Source: Nitrosopumilus sp. (GTDB lineage: Archaea > Thermoproteota > Nitrososphaeria > Nitrososphaerales > Nitrosopumilaceae). From it: a stretch of DNA of 64,000 nt. Both the position numbers and the translations under genes were made by a program. The notes under the pieces are model-generated. The model ran no database searches. It saw only the letters and a program-made list of their open reading frames with translations, and was not told the DNA's origin. Numbering within the stretch: position 1 is the first letter of the stretch; each line of letters starts with the position of its first letter. The stretch lies in the NCBI GenBank assembly GCA_965223425.1, contig OZ245003.1, positions 1,248,001 through 1,312,000 of the forward strand, given 5' to 3'. Of the stretch, positions 53,369 through 61,673 are shown piece by piece.

Positions 53369-53656
53369 TTATGCTGACTTTGGTAAGAGATCTATTTGAA
53401 CTCCAAGAGGAGTTTTTAATTTGACTAAATTTTTTATATTTGCAAGATCTCCTTGAATGGCAAGAGAGTACACTTTAAGATCTTTATTATCACAACCACG
53501 TAGATCTGGTTGGTGATTAATTAGACCCTTTTCTTTTATTGGAGTGCCATCAATAATAATATCAAAATTAGAAGAACATTTCCTAATTTTGTTTACAGCA
53601 ATTTTAACATTAGATTCATTATAACCAGTAAATGCTAATTGAATTTGTTTTTGCAT
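53369..53656 (-). CDS. Small protein resembling a divergent ribosomal protein uS10 fold
   Basis: MQKQIQLAFTGYNESNVKIAVNKIRKCSSNFDIIIDGTPI...LANIKNLVKLKTPLGVQIDLL; TTTAAA box about 30 bp upstream; 4 bp gap before the cyclase. Confidence 0.55.
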   Translation of the reverse strand: MQKQIQLAFTGYNESNVKIAVNKIRKCSSNFDIIIDGTPIKEKGLINHQPDLRGCDNKDLKVYSLAIQGDLANIKNLVKLKTPLGVQIDLLPKSA

Positions 53657-53803
53657 TGTATCTTTCACACTTTTATTTTTGATATGTTTAAAGGTAACTA
53701 TTTGGATTTGTGGAGTTGTGTGGGATTTATTTGTAACAATTCGGATTTCTGGAGTGAATTTTGGGGTGCCGAAAGAGATAAAGATCACGGCTAGAACACA
53801 CAT

Positions 53804-55294
53804 GTGATGCCGGCGGAGTTTGATCCTACCCGCGTAGACTGGGACAACCAAGACACAAACTATCTCTTTAAGCATTTCAAATCAGTGTTTGATCAGGAGA
53901 GAAGAGAGAGAAGGTCGTTGGAAGAAAAAGTCAAGCATCAAGGCGACACAATCAAGCAGCAAAATGACACAATCAGGCAGCTGGAAGAAGAGAACAGGCA
54001 GCTAAGGACAGGATCCACAACCCAAAAGCCGGCCAGGAAGGCAAGAAGCTACAATGTGAGAAAATTCAAGGAATATCCGCGGCCAAAAAGCGACAAAAAT
54101 ACCGGGATGCGCGGCAGGGAACAGAAGACTGACATCCCAGTCACAGACCACAGGGACGCAGACATTTCATATTGTCCCGGATGCGGTCTCAGACTTGCAG
54201 ACAGCAGTGGTACCTATTACGACCGCGACATAACAGACATACAGGACGGCAGGGCGCGCCGCATCAGATGGAGCGTGGCGCGCCGCTACTGCAGGAACTG
54301 TAAAACGTCACACTCCGCACGCATACCCGGCACCCTGTCCGGCTCTCAGTATGGAATCACGATAATCTCCCAGGTAGTGCTGATGCGCTGCATGGGAATA
54401 CCGTTTGAAAAGATAACCGACCTATTTGACATGATACACGGGATACAAATCCCGGGTTCAACGCTGGTCTCCATGTGCGAAAAGGCGGCATGCCAGATGA
54501 GGCCAGTCTACGACGGACTGCTTGCAGGGATGATTCACAGGGCCCGTGCCATATGCGGGGACGAGACCGGATGGTTTCTCAACGGACTGCATTACTGGGT
54601 ATGGGTTCTAGTCTCCGCACACGGCGTGATATACCACATATCATCGACGCGCAGCAAGCAGGTGGCAGAGGCACTGGCAGGTGAGTTTGACGGAACTGTA
54701 GTATCAGACTCGTATCTGGCATGGAGTGACGTAGGCCTGCTGCACCAAAAGTGCCTGCTGCACTATTTCAGGGACATGTACAAGACCCTGGAGGAGAACG
54801 GCAGTAACGAGTTTGCCACATTCTTCAGGAGACTGCACGGCATACTCAGGAATGCCATAGACGCACGGGAAAAGTACGACAGTAATGCGGTTCCAGCAGA
54901 CGTCACACAAAGGCTGCAGGACAGGATAGACGCGCTGGCACGGCAGTCATACGACGATGCGGACTGCCGGAGGTACGCAAAAAGGCTCAAAAGGGAGGGG
55001 GATCAGCTGCTGACGTTTCTGGAGCGCGACGTGGAATACCACAACAACAAAAGCGAGAGGGCCCTGAGGATGTTTGCCACCATGCGCAAGGCCAGCTACG
55101 GCAACAGGTCCGAGAAGGGCATATACATCACAGAGACGCTGGCAAGCATATACGCCACATGCAGGATGCGCGGTGCAAACCCGTACAATTTTATCCTGGA
55201 ATACCTTGAGGGCGGCGGCAGCAGCAGAACCGACGGGATTCCCATGGCCTGTCCGGACAAAACTGCGGCAGTCAAAAAGTGTGTCTGTGCCTAA
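53804..55294 (+). CDS. IS66-family transposase (intact)
   Basis: Coiled coil, CPGCG..CRNC, GDETGW, VSDSY, HQKCLLH, HNNKSERALR. Confidence 0.95.
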   Translation: MMPAEFDPTRVDWDNQDTNYLFKHFKSVFDQERRERRSLEEKVKHQGDTIKQQNDTIRQLEEENRQLRTGSTTQKPARKARSYNVRKFKEYPRPKSDKNTGMRGREQKTDIPVTDHRDADISYCPGCGLRLADSSGTYYDRDITDIQDGRARRIRWSVARRYCRNCKTSHSARIPGTLSGSQYGITIISQVVLMRCMGIPFEKITDLFDMIHGIQIPGSTLVSMCEKAACQMRPVYDGLLAGMIHRARAICGDETGWFLNGLHYWVWVLVSAHGVIYHISSTRSKQVAEALAGEFDGTVVSDSYLAWSDVGLLHQKCLLHYFRDMYKTLEENGSNEFATFFRRLHGILRNAIDAREKYDSNAVPADVTQRLQDRIDALARQSYDDADCRRYAKRLKREGDQLLTFLERDVEYHNNKSERALRMFATMRKASYGNRSEKGIYITETLASIYATCRMRGANPYNFILEYLEGGGSSRTDGIPMACPDKTAAVKKCVCA

Positions 55295-55384
55295 AACGCC
55301 GCAACATCGCGCACACATGTATGGGGCTGAGCGGCGTTTTTGCCGATTTTGAACTGTCACGGTATAACGGGGCGTGATTTGTCT

Positions 55385-55494
55385 GTCAAAATAAATCCCA
55401 CACAACTCCACAAATCCGAATTAACGTTCTTGTCCTTTCTGACCTCTTTGCCACATGGTCAAAATAAATCCCACACAACTCCACAAATCCGAAT
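55385..55494. repeat. Repeat-spacer-repeat (37-bp perfect repeats, 36-bp spacer) in the IS66 right end
   Basis: gtcaaaataaatcccacacaactccacaaatccgaat at 55385-55421 and 55458-55494. Confidence 0.9.
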
Positions 55495-55616
55495 AGTTAC
55501 ATTTATTTTGACAGACAAATCACGCCCCGTTATATCGTGACAGTTCAAAATCGGCAAAAACGCCATCCAGCCCCATACCATGTGTTGATGTTGCGGCGTT
55601 TTAAGCACAGACACAT

Positions 55617-57226
55617 TAGACATTATGCACAATTAACATTATAAAATTTTTTGGCATTTCAGAACAAAATAGACATTAGACTTTATGAACAATTGAATCG
55701 TCAAAATTTTTCCGAAAGATTTAGATCCATTTTGATCGCCGCAACAGGTATGGAATCTCCAGAACAGACGATACGCAGACTGCAAAAAGAGCTCAAGCAG
55801 AAGGACAGAGCAATCAAGCAGAAGGACAGAGCAATCAAGCAGAAGGACAGAACAATCAAGCAGAAGGACAGAACAATCAGCAAGCACAACAAGATCATCG
55901 GCTCACTTCGCGAGCAGCTAAGACTTGAAGACAGCCTGTGGAACGTAACCGGAGATGCAGACCGCTTAGAGACTGAGACGGCACTGCTGCACATCAGGGA
56001 GGTGATCCACGGCATACTGCACAACAGCGCAAAGCTTGCGGGAATTACCTCGTATGACCTTGACCAGTTTGACTACACCTGCAACGACTTTGTGGTAGAG
56101 TCAAAGAGGCACAGCAAAGACGCGCCGCTCTTTTCAGAGGACGAAACACCGGATCCAGGAAACCGCTGCCTGCCTGGCCGCAGGTCCGTCCTGCTGCTTG
56201 CGCTGTTCCGCAGGCGCTCAAACGTGACACAGGACGCCCTGGGAGTGCTGTTTGATGTTGACCAGTCCACCGTGTGCAGGTACCTCAAGTTTGCAGATTC
56301 CGTGCTGGCAGGGATCCTGCCTACTGCAGACAGGATGACCCGTCTGGTAAAAAAGGCCGAGACATCAGAGCAGCTAGAGCAGCTAATGCCGGACAGAACC
56401 ATCATAATTGACGGCACCGAGGCGGTGCCAAGGCAGCGTCCGCAGGACAGGGATAAAAGAAAAGACACGTACTCTGGCAAAAAGAAGCGCTTTACGATTA
56501 ACACCACCATAACAACAAACAGGGCAGGGCCTGATACCTGCAGCAGGCAGGTCCTTTGAGGGCGGGACGCACGACCTTACCATGATAAGAGAGGATCCGA
56601 TAGACTTTGGCAAGTGGTCTGAATCCATGATGTACAAAAAAGACACCCCGGAAAAGGACAGGATACGGGTACTTGTAGACAAGGGATACCAGGGATGCCA
56701 ATCACTACGCGGGAATAGCACTTGAGATGCCGGAAAAAAAGAAGCCACGGGCGGAGCTGACACAGCAACAAAAGGACTCCAACAAAAGGATCAGTGCCAA
56801 GAGGGTAAAGGTGGAGCACTCCATTGGAAGAATAAAGCAGTGGGCAAGGATGACAGACCCGTACGACGGCACGGTAGAGGAGTTTCACGAGGAGCTGGTT
56901 GTGTGTACCGGCCTTGCGAACTTTGGTTTGCTGTGGGATGCAAAAAGAAAGCGGCCGTCACTTGATTGTTGATGTATGATACGGGGTGCATGATGCACTG
57001 GAATGGTGCGCACACGTGCGCTTGAATTCTCCCGGATCTGTTGAGTGATCGTATATTTTGTGCCAGACGGGGTTATTTTTTGGACCTGTCTTTGCATCTT
57101 GATGGCTTGCGCCGTAGAAAAAAAAATTTGACGTCATTTACAGAGGGGCTGATAGCAGAGGGAGAAAATCCCGATGGCTTGCGCCGTAGAAAAAAAATTT
57201 GACTGGTCAATTATGCATAATGTCTA
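55617..57226 (+). mobile_element. IS5-family ISL2-like (HTH_Tnp_4/DDE_Tnp_4) element with a frameshifted transposase (55750..56972)
   Basis: 21-bp imperfect TIR tagacattatgca(c/t)aatt(a/g)ac; FDVDQSTVCR, IIDGTE, YSGKKK, DKGYQG, RVKVEHSIGRIK; 21-bp tandem repeat (IKQKDR) at 55793-55879. Confidence 0.88.
57101..57203. repeat. Repeat-spacer-repeat (32/31-bp repeats, 40-bp spacer) just inside the IS5 right TIR
   Basis: gatggcttgcgccgtag(a9/a8)tttgac at 57101-57132 and 57173-57203. Confidence 0.88.
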
Positions 57227-57338
57227 GTATGTCATGATTTGACATACTGGACTAAATGATCGCAATTAGGCTTATTTTATAAAAAAATCATTCTACATAA
57301 TCTTTAAAAGTTACCATGACTTTTGATTTTCGACATTC

Positions 57339-57644
57339 ATGGCTAGAAAAAAAGCTGGAAAAAAGGTTGTAAAAAAGACTGGAAAAAAGGTTGTAAAAAA
57401 GACTGTAAAAAAAGCTGGAAAAAAGGTTGTAAAAAAATCACCTACAAAGAAAACGACAGATAAAACAACAAAGAGTAAAACCGCCAAATCAAAAAAGACA
57501 AAAAATAAAAAAATAAAGGATGAGCCCTTTGATGACATGAGTATTGTTATAGTCGATGATGATATTGAAATTGACCAAGAAAAGGTTAACGAAGAAAGAA
57601 GGGCATACCTAGAAGAAGCAAGATCTCAAGAGGCATCTGACTAA
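57339..57644 (+). CDS. Lys-rich histone-H1-like low-complexity protein with an acidic tail
   Basis: KK(A/T)GKKVVKK repeats followed by an acidic C-terminus. Confidence 0.75.
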   Translation: MARKKAGKKVVKKTGKKVVKKTVKKAGKKVVKKSPTKKTTDKTTKSKTAKSKKTKNKKIKDEPFDDMSIVIVDDDIEIDQEKVNEERRAYLEEARSQEASD

Positions 57645-57676
57645 ATCTTTATCAAATCCGACTACATACACTACTC

Positions 57677-57916
57677 ATGCGTGCATTATGTTTAATCATG
57701 GTAAAACCGGGAAAGATTGATTCTGTTGTTCAAATTTTAAAGAAAAAGCGTAAGGTCATAAAACAGATAATGGTAGTCACAGGAAGAGCAGACATTAGTG
57801 TAATTTTACAAGGAAATATTGACGAGCTTAACAATATGGTGATTGATTTTAAAAAAATAAAAGATATTGTTGCTACTGAAACACTAATTGAAGTAGAGGT
57901 GAATCTGGGTTGGTAA
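57677..57916 (+). CDS. Lrp/AsnC ligand-binding-domain protein
   Basis: MRALCLIMVKPGK...VTGRADI...IVATETLI. Confidence 0.85.
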   Translation: MRALCLIMVKPGKIDSVVQILKKKRKVIKQIMVVTGRADISVILQGNIDELNNMVIDFKKIKDIVATETLIEVEVNLGW

Positions 57917-58128
57917 GGGCCATAATTTTGGTAAAATCTCCAAAAAAACTCATAGCTGCACGGCTTCGGAGAATTACGTCGATCTCAGATTCCTTTCCAA
58001 CAAGTGGGCAATTTGATGCAGTTGCAATAGTTGATGTTGAACAATTGGTTCAAATTAAAGAAATTGCCAATCAAATCCAAAAAATTAATGGCGTGGAAAG
58101 GACTGAAACTATGATTGAAGTTCAATGA
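57910..58128 (+). CDS. Lrp/AsnC ligand-binding-domain protein
   Basis: TSGQFDAVA...INGVERTETMI. Confidence 0.85.
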   Translation: MVRAIILVKSPKKLIAARLRRITSISDSFPTSGQFDAVAIVDVEQLVQIKEIANQIQKINGVERTETMIEVQ

Positions 58129-58164
58129 CAATGGATTTTTAAAGAACTTCAAGATAGATCTGAT

Positions 58165-58578
58165 ATGAACATCAAAAAGGTGGGAAATGTAATTTTAGCA
58201 GTTAAAGATATAGACAGATCTCTTCAGTTTTACCATGAAATTATTGGTCTTCCAATTAAAAATCAAAGACGGGCATGGATTGACCTGGGAACATCGGGCG
58301 CTTTGTTGAGCTTGCATCCTGCATCATTAACTGCACAACATATTGGCAGTTCAATCGAAAATGGAATAACTATTGGATTTCTTGTAGGGGATGTAAAATC
58401 TGCAGTGGAAGAACTACGAGAAAAAGGCGTTACAATTTATCGAGATATAGTAGATAGAGATGCAGGAAAAAATGCAGTTATTTTGGATCCTGATGAATAT
58501 TTGATTTCTTTGTTTGAACCAAACTTTGATGACAGTGCGCAACAAACAGGCGGATATCAAGGATTTACCCCAGCCTAA
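58165..58578 (+). CDS. VOC/glyoxalase family protein
   Basis: LAVKDIDRSLQFYHEIIGL, FLVGDV, LDPD. Confidence 0.9.
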   Translation: MNIKKVGNVILAVKDIDRSLQFYHEIIGLPIKNQRRAWIDLGTSGALLSLHPASLTAQHIGSSIENGITIGFLVGDVKSAVEELREKGVTIYRDIVDRDAGKNAVILDPDEYLISLFEPNFDDSAQQTGGYQGFTPA

Positions 58579-58961
58579 ATTTTCTTTTTGATCAACTTTA
58601 TAATTTCTTCAATATTTTTTTCTTTTTTGCTTAGTGAAATATAGTAAGTTATGTCTTTTTTTTGTAAAAGCACAATCGTTATTTCATGATGTTGTAAAAT
58701 TACATACTCCAATTTCCCAACAGTGCTTGCAGTATTTTTTCTTAACGACATTAAAGTTGAAATTATAAAAAACTCATTTTTTACTTGTTCTGATTTTAGT
58801 AATGGTTTTAGAGCAGGCCTGACTATTCCTGTCAATGTTCTCCCATATTCATTTATGATTCCGGCATATCTGATATTGCTTGATATTTTTAAAATATTTT
58901 GGCATTGCTGCCTGTATTTTATAACCATACTTTTCCATTTGTCTGCAGGTGTTTTTACCAC
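58575..58961 (-). CDS. Roadblock/profilin-like protein (DUF6659-like)
   Basis: CQNILKISSNIRYAGIINEYGR...VGKLEYVIL. Confidence 0.7.
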   Translation of the reverse strand: MVKTPADKWKSMVIKYRQQCQNILKISSNIRYAGIINEYGRTLTGIVRPALKPLLKSEQVKNEFFIISTLMSLRKNTASTVGKLEYVILQHHEITIVLLQKKDITYYISLSKKEKNIEEIIKLIKKKI

Positions 58962-59021
58962 AATAAAAATTGGTTTAAGAATTAATAAAGATTCTGGCCA
59001 TCACTAATCCATGATTTAAAA

Positions 59022-59450
59022 TTATTTTAAGCTAGATTTGCTTGTGTTTTCTTTTTCTAGTTTTTTCTTTAGTTTCAAATTCTCTTTTAACAATTTATCA
59101 TTTTCAGTTTGAAGTGTCTCAACAGAATTTTGTCTGTTGTATAACGGATGTCCCGGAGGAATAATTGTAGAATTCATTGATAGCAATCCTGATGCATACT
59201 GTTGATACATTTGTTGAAAACCCTGAAGTTTTTGATTGATAGATGAGACTTCTTGTGAAAACTGCTCTTTCATTGGATTTTCATATATTTTGAACATTGG
59301 ATGTGTTAACCCCGGCGGCAATCTTGGAAACTGCAACGCAAGATGTGGGATGTTTGGGTTTAATCCATAGATGTCTTGTAGGTGCTTTATTGCTAAATTA
59401 TCCATAAAAATGGTTCCATATCTGGTATATTTCTGCGTTACCTTAGGCAT
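59022..59450 (-). CDS. hypothetical protein
   Basis: IPPGHPL motif and C-terminal coiled coil. Confidence 0.6.
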   Translation of the reverse strand: MPKVTQKYTRYGTIFMDNLAIKHLQDIYGLNPNIPHLALQFPRLPPGLTHPMFKIYENPMKEQFSQEVSSINQKLQGFQQMYQQYASGLLSMNSTIIPPGHPLYNRQNSVETLQTENDKLLKENLKLKKKLEKENTSKSSLK

Positions 59451-59543
59451 TTGATATACTGTTTAGTGAAACTCTAGTCATTTTAACTCAATTTGAGCTG
59501 ATCGCAGATCCTTATAGATTCCAGATTTTGATCGCTGGTACAC

Positions 59544-59690
59544 ATGGCCAGATCAGAAAAAATATGTCTCAAATGTAAAAAAGACATTAAAGAAAAAGAG
59601 CTTTATAAGATTGTAATTTATGTTGTTCAAGAAAAATTTACTGAACACCACTATGAACACGTTGAATGTCCCAGCAAATTCACAATCTAA
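59544..59690 (+). CDS. Small CxxC/HxxC zinc-binding protein (48 aa)
   Basis: MARSEKICLKCKKDI...YEHVECPSKFTI; translated by hand. Confidence 0.65.
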   Translation: MARSEKICLKCKKDIKEKELYKIVIYVVQEKFTEHHYEHVECPSKFTI

Positions 59691-59697
59691 CTCAATT

Positions 59698-60525
59698 CTA
59701 TTTTGAAGTTGTGCTGCCATCATTATGTTCAAACACTTTGTAAATTTCCCCAGTCAGTCTAGAGCGATATTTCCATTCATCGCTTTTCCAAACAATTCGA
59801 GTGAATTCTTTTTGCAAGTTGGGGTGTAGTCTGTCATACACGTCACTTCCAATTAAAATCTGATTTGGTTTTGCCATGTTTTGAATTTTTGCTGCAATGT
59901 TCATTGCCGGACCCATTAAATCCACATGAGAGTGTTCCAAATCTGCACCATATCTTACTACAATGTTTTGTCCAAAATCGACTCCAATCTTTACCATTAA
60001 ATCTGGATAATCATATTGATTCAGAATTGGATTGATTCCTTTTTGAATTATCGAGATCATAGATTTTGCACAGTTCACTGCTCTGTCTGCTATTGCCGTC
60101 TTGTTTTCTTCGGCAATAAAATAGCCAATTACTGCATCTCCTACAAATTTTAACACATAACCTTGATGCTGTCTGATGACTGAGGCCATCTCTTGTGAAA
60201 AGGAACTAACAATTATTGCGATTCTTTCTGCAGGCATTTCTAATGTCATTGTAGTGGAACCAACCAAATCCACATAAAGTACAACCATTTCTAACTTGGA
60301 AAATACGTTCTTTCTTAGATATTGATCAGACTCGTCAACTATCCCTGAATACTCGTAGCCCTTTTTGAGAGCTCCCCAAACTCGCTTCTGAGTTTTTAAA
60401 ATCATCGAATCAGAGTCTAATGACTGCTTTTCACTTTTGTCAAGAGGAACATCTGCCACTTTATGTCCGTGTGGTGTTTTTGGTGATTCTGATGTGCTGT
60501 ATGAATCACTCTTATTTTCAGTCAT
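59698..60525 (-). CDS. Class III adenylate/guanylate cyclase
   Basis: LYVDLVGST, LKFVGDAV, KIGVDFG, DLMGPAMNIAAKIQ. Confidence 0.92.
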   Translation of the reverse strand: MTENKSDSYSTSESPKTPHGHKVADVPLDKSEKQSLDSDSMILKTQKRVWGALKKGYEYSGIVDESDQYLRKNVFSKLEMVVLYVDLVGSTTMTLEMPAERIAIIVSSFSQEMASVIRQHQGYVLKFVGDAVIGYFIAEENKTAIADRAVNCAKSMISIIQKGINPILNQYDYPDLMVKIGVDFGQNIVVRYGADLEHSHVDLMGPAMNIAAKIQNMAKPNQILIGSDVYDRLHPNLQKEFTRIVWKSDEWKYRSRLTGEIYKVFEHNDGSTTSK

Positions 60526-60532
60526 TTTTTCC

Positions 60533-60655
60533 TTATTCTAATGGGAAATCGATCCCACAATGATGGCATTTTCCTCTGGTTCCCTTGTATTTTTCATCAT
60601 AATATTCAGTGATTTTCGTATTACAGCTATTGCAAAAAATTTTAGATTTCTCCAT
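60533..60655 (-). CDS. Small zinc-ribbon protein (40 aa)
   Basis: MEKSKIFCNSCNTK...GKCHHCGIDFPLE; directly upstream of the cyclase. Confidence 0.65.
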   Translation of the reverse strand: MEKSKIFCNSCNTKITEYYDEKYKGTRGKCHHCGIDFPLE

Positions 60656-60726
60656 GCCTAGAATTATGATTTTACATATTTAGATATTGATGAAGGTTTA
60701 AGGCGCACAGGAATTTGCTATTTCTT

Positions 60727-61566
60727 GTGCGATTAGGTACACGATCTCCAAACGAGTTCATTCAGGAATTAAATCAAAAAAACGAGCGTATTCAAAAATC
60801 GTTTCTCACAAATATGACCGATCTGACAAAAATGGTTGAGATCAAAGTAATGATGGGAGATTCTACTATAACCGAACAGAAAACTTTTGATCCAAAACAG
60901 ATAACTGATTATTTCCAAAAAATCAACAATCATCTTAAAGACTGGTCTTTACAAGACGTATCAATTTCTAATAATGAAGACGTTAGAAGAATTTTTACAA
61001 AATTTGAGATAATGGAAGGAAACTATACGCTGTCGGGCCACTTGTCCATACAGTTTCATGTGTTGCTGTATTACAAGCCAACCCAGCGTGTATTGGACTG
61101 CCAAAAAGAATTGTCAGAGATTGTTGATTTAACAAAAAATAACGAACGGCAAATTTCAGAGAACGGTGATCAATTTGTTTTAAACAAACTAAAAGAGATT
61201 GGATGCAAAGATTTTGATCACCAAAAGTTATTTGAGATGTTTTATGAAAATGACGAATTTAGAGAAAAAATTTATGCTGAAATTGAAAAAGATGCAGGAG
61301 TAGATTTTCAAGAATTGTCACAAAAAAAGACAAAATTATTTAACGAACTTGACTCACTTTTAGTTGAAACTTATCAAACAACGCCCACACTGATTGATGA
61401 TGCGAAATTAGTTACCGGTGAAGAAGGTTGCTTATGCATGTTTGACTTGGAATTTGTTAAAAATAAAAACAGGGAAGGATTGTTTGATCCAAGAAAAATA
61501 TCTGATTCGGTAAAAGAAGGTATTTTAAAAAAATTAGATGAATTTGAGAAGATAATTAATCTGTAA
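60727..61566 (+). CDS. hypothetical protein
   Basis: About 280-aa ORF, likely GTG start MRLGTRSP. Confidence 0.75.
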   Translation: MRLGTRSPNEFIQELNQKNERIQKSFLTNMTDLTKMVEIKVMMGDSTITEQKTFDPKQITDYFQKINNHLKDWSLQDVSISNNEDVRRIFTKFEIMEGNYTLSGHLSIQFHVLLYYKPTQRVLDCQKELSEIVDLTKNNERQISENGDQFVLNKLKEIGCKDFDHQKLFEMFYENDEFREKIYAEIEKDAGVDFQELSQKKTKLFNELDSLLVETYQTTPTLIDDAKLVTGEEGCLCMFDLEFVKNKNREGLFDPRKISDSVKEGILKKLDEFEKIINL

Positions 61567-61673
61567 ACTAAAACCAAAGAATCGGAAAATGAGATTTTTT
61601 CTCAAATGGGAGTTCCGATCCTTTGATGTATTTTGAACGTCATATTTGAACTATTTAGGCATTCCTACAAGTT

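Larger units (their letters stand above)
53733..55500 (+). mobile_element. IS66-family element
   Basis: GTAA...TTAC ends, IR gtaac(a/t)attcggattt(c/g)tggagt, 8-bp TSD atttattt (53725-53732, 55501-55508). Confidence 0.93.
53694..55616 (-). mobile_element. Inverted partial IS66 right end (53694-53732 plus 55509-55616), split by a related full element
   Basis: The joined pieces are the reverse complement of the IS66 3' end (about 55278-55421 plus terminus) with a few changes. Confidence 0.8.

Noticed and set aside
53657-53875. N-terminal extension of the 168-aa ORF 53369..53875
   Set aside because: It runs through IS66 termini antisense to the transposase; the real start is likely the ATG at 53656.
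51080-57300. tRNA-Phe-integrated element with an attR duplication
   Set aside because: No copy of the tRNA 3' end and no integrase was seen at the far side of the island.
57339-57440. Repeats in the Lys-rich ORF as a mobile or CRISPR-like repeat
   Set aside because: Coding low-complexity KKAGKKVVKK repeats.
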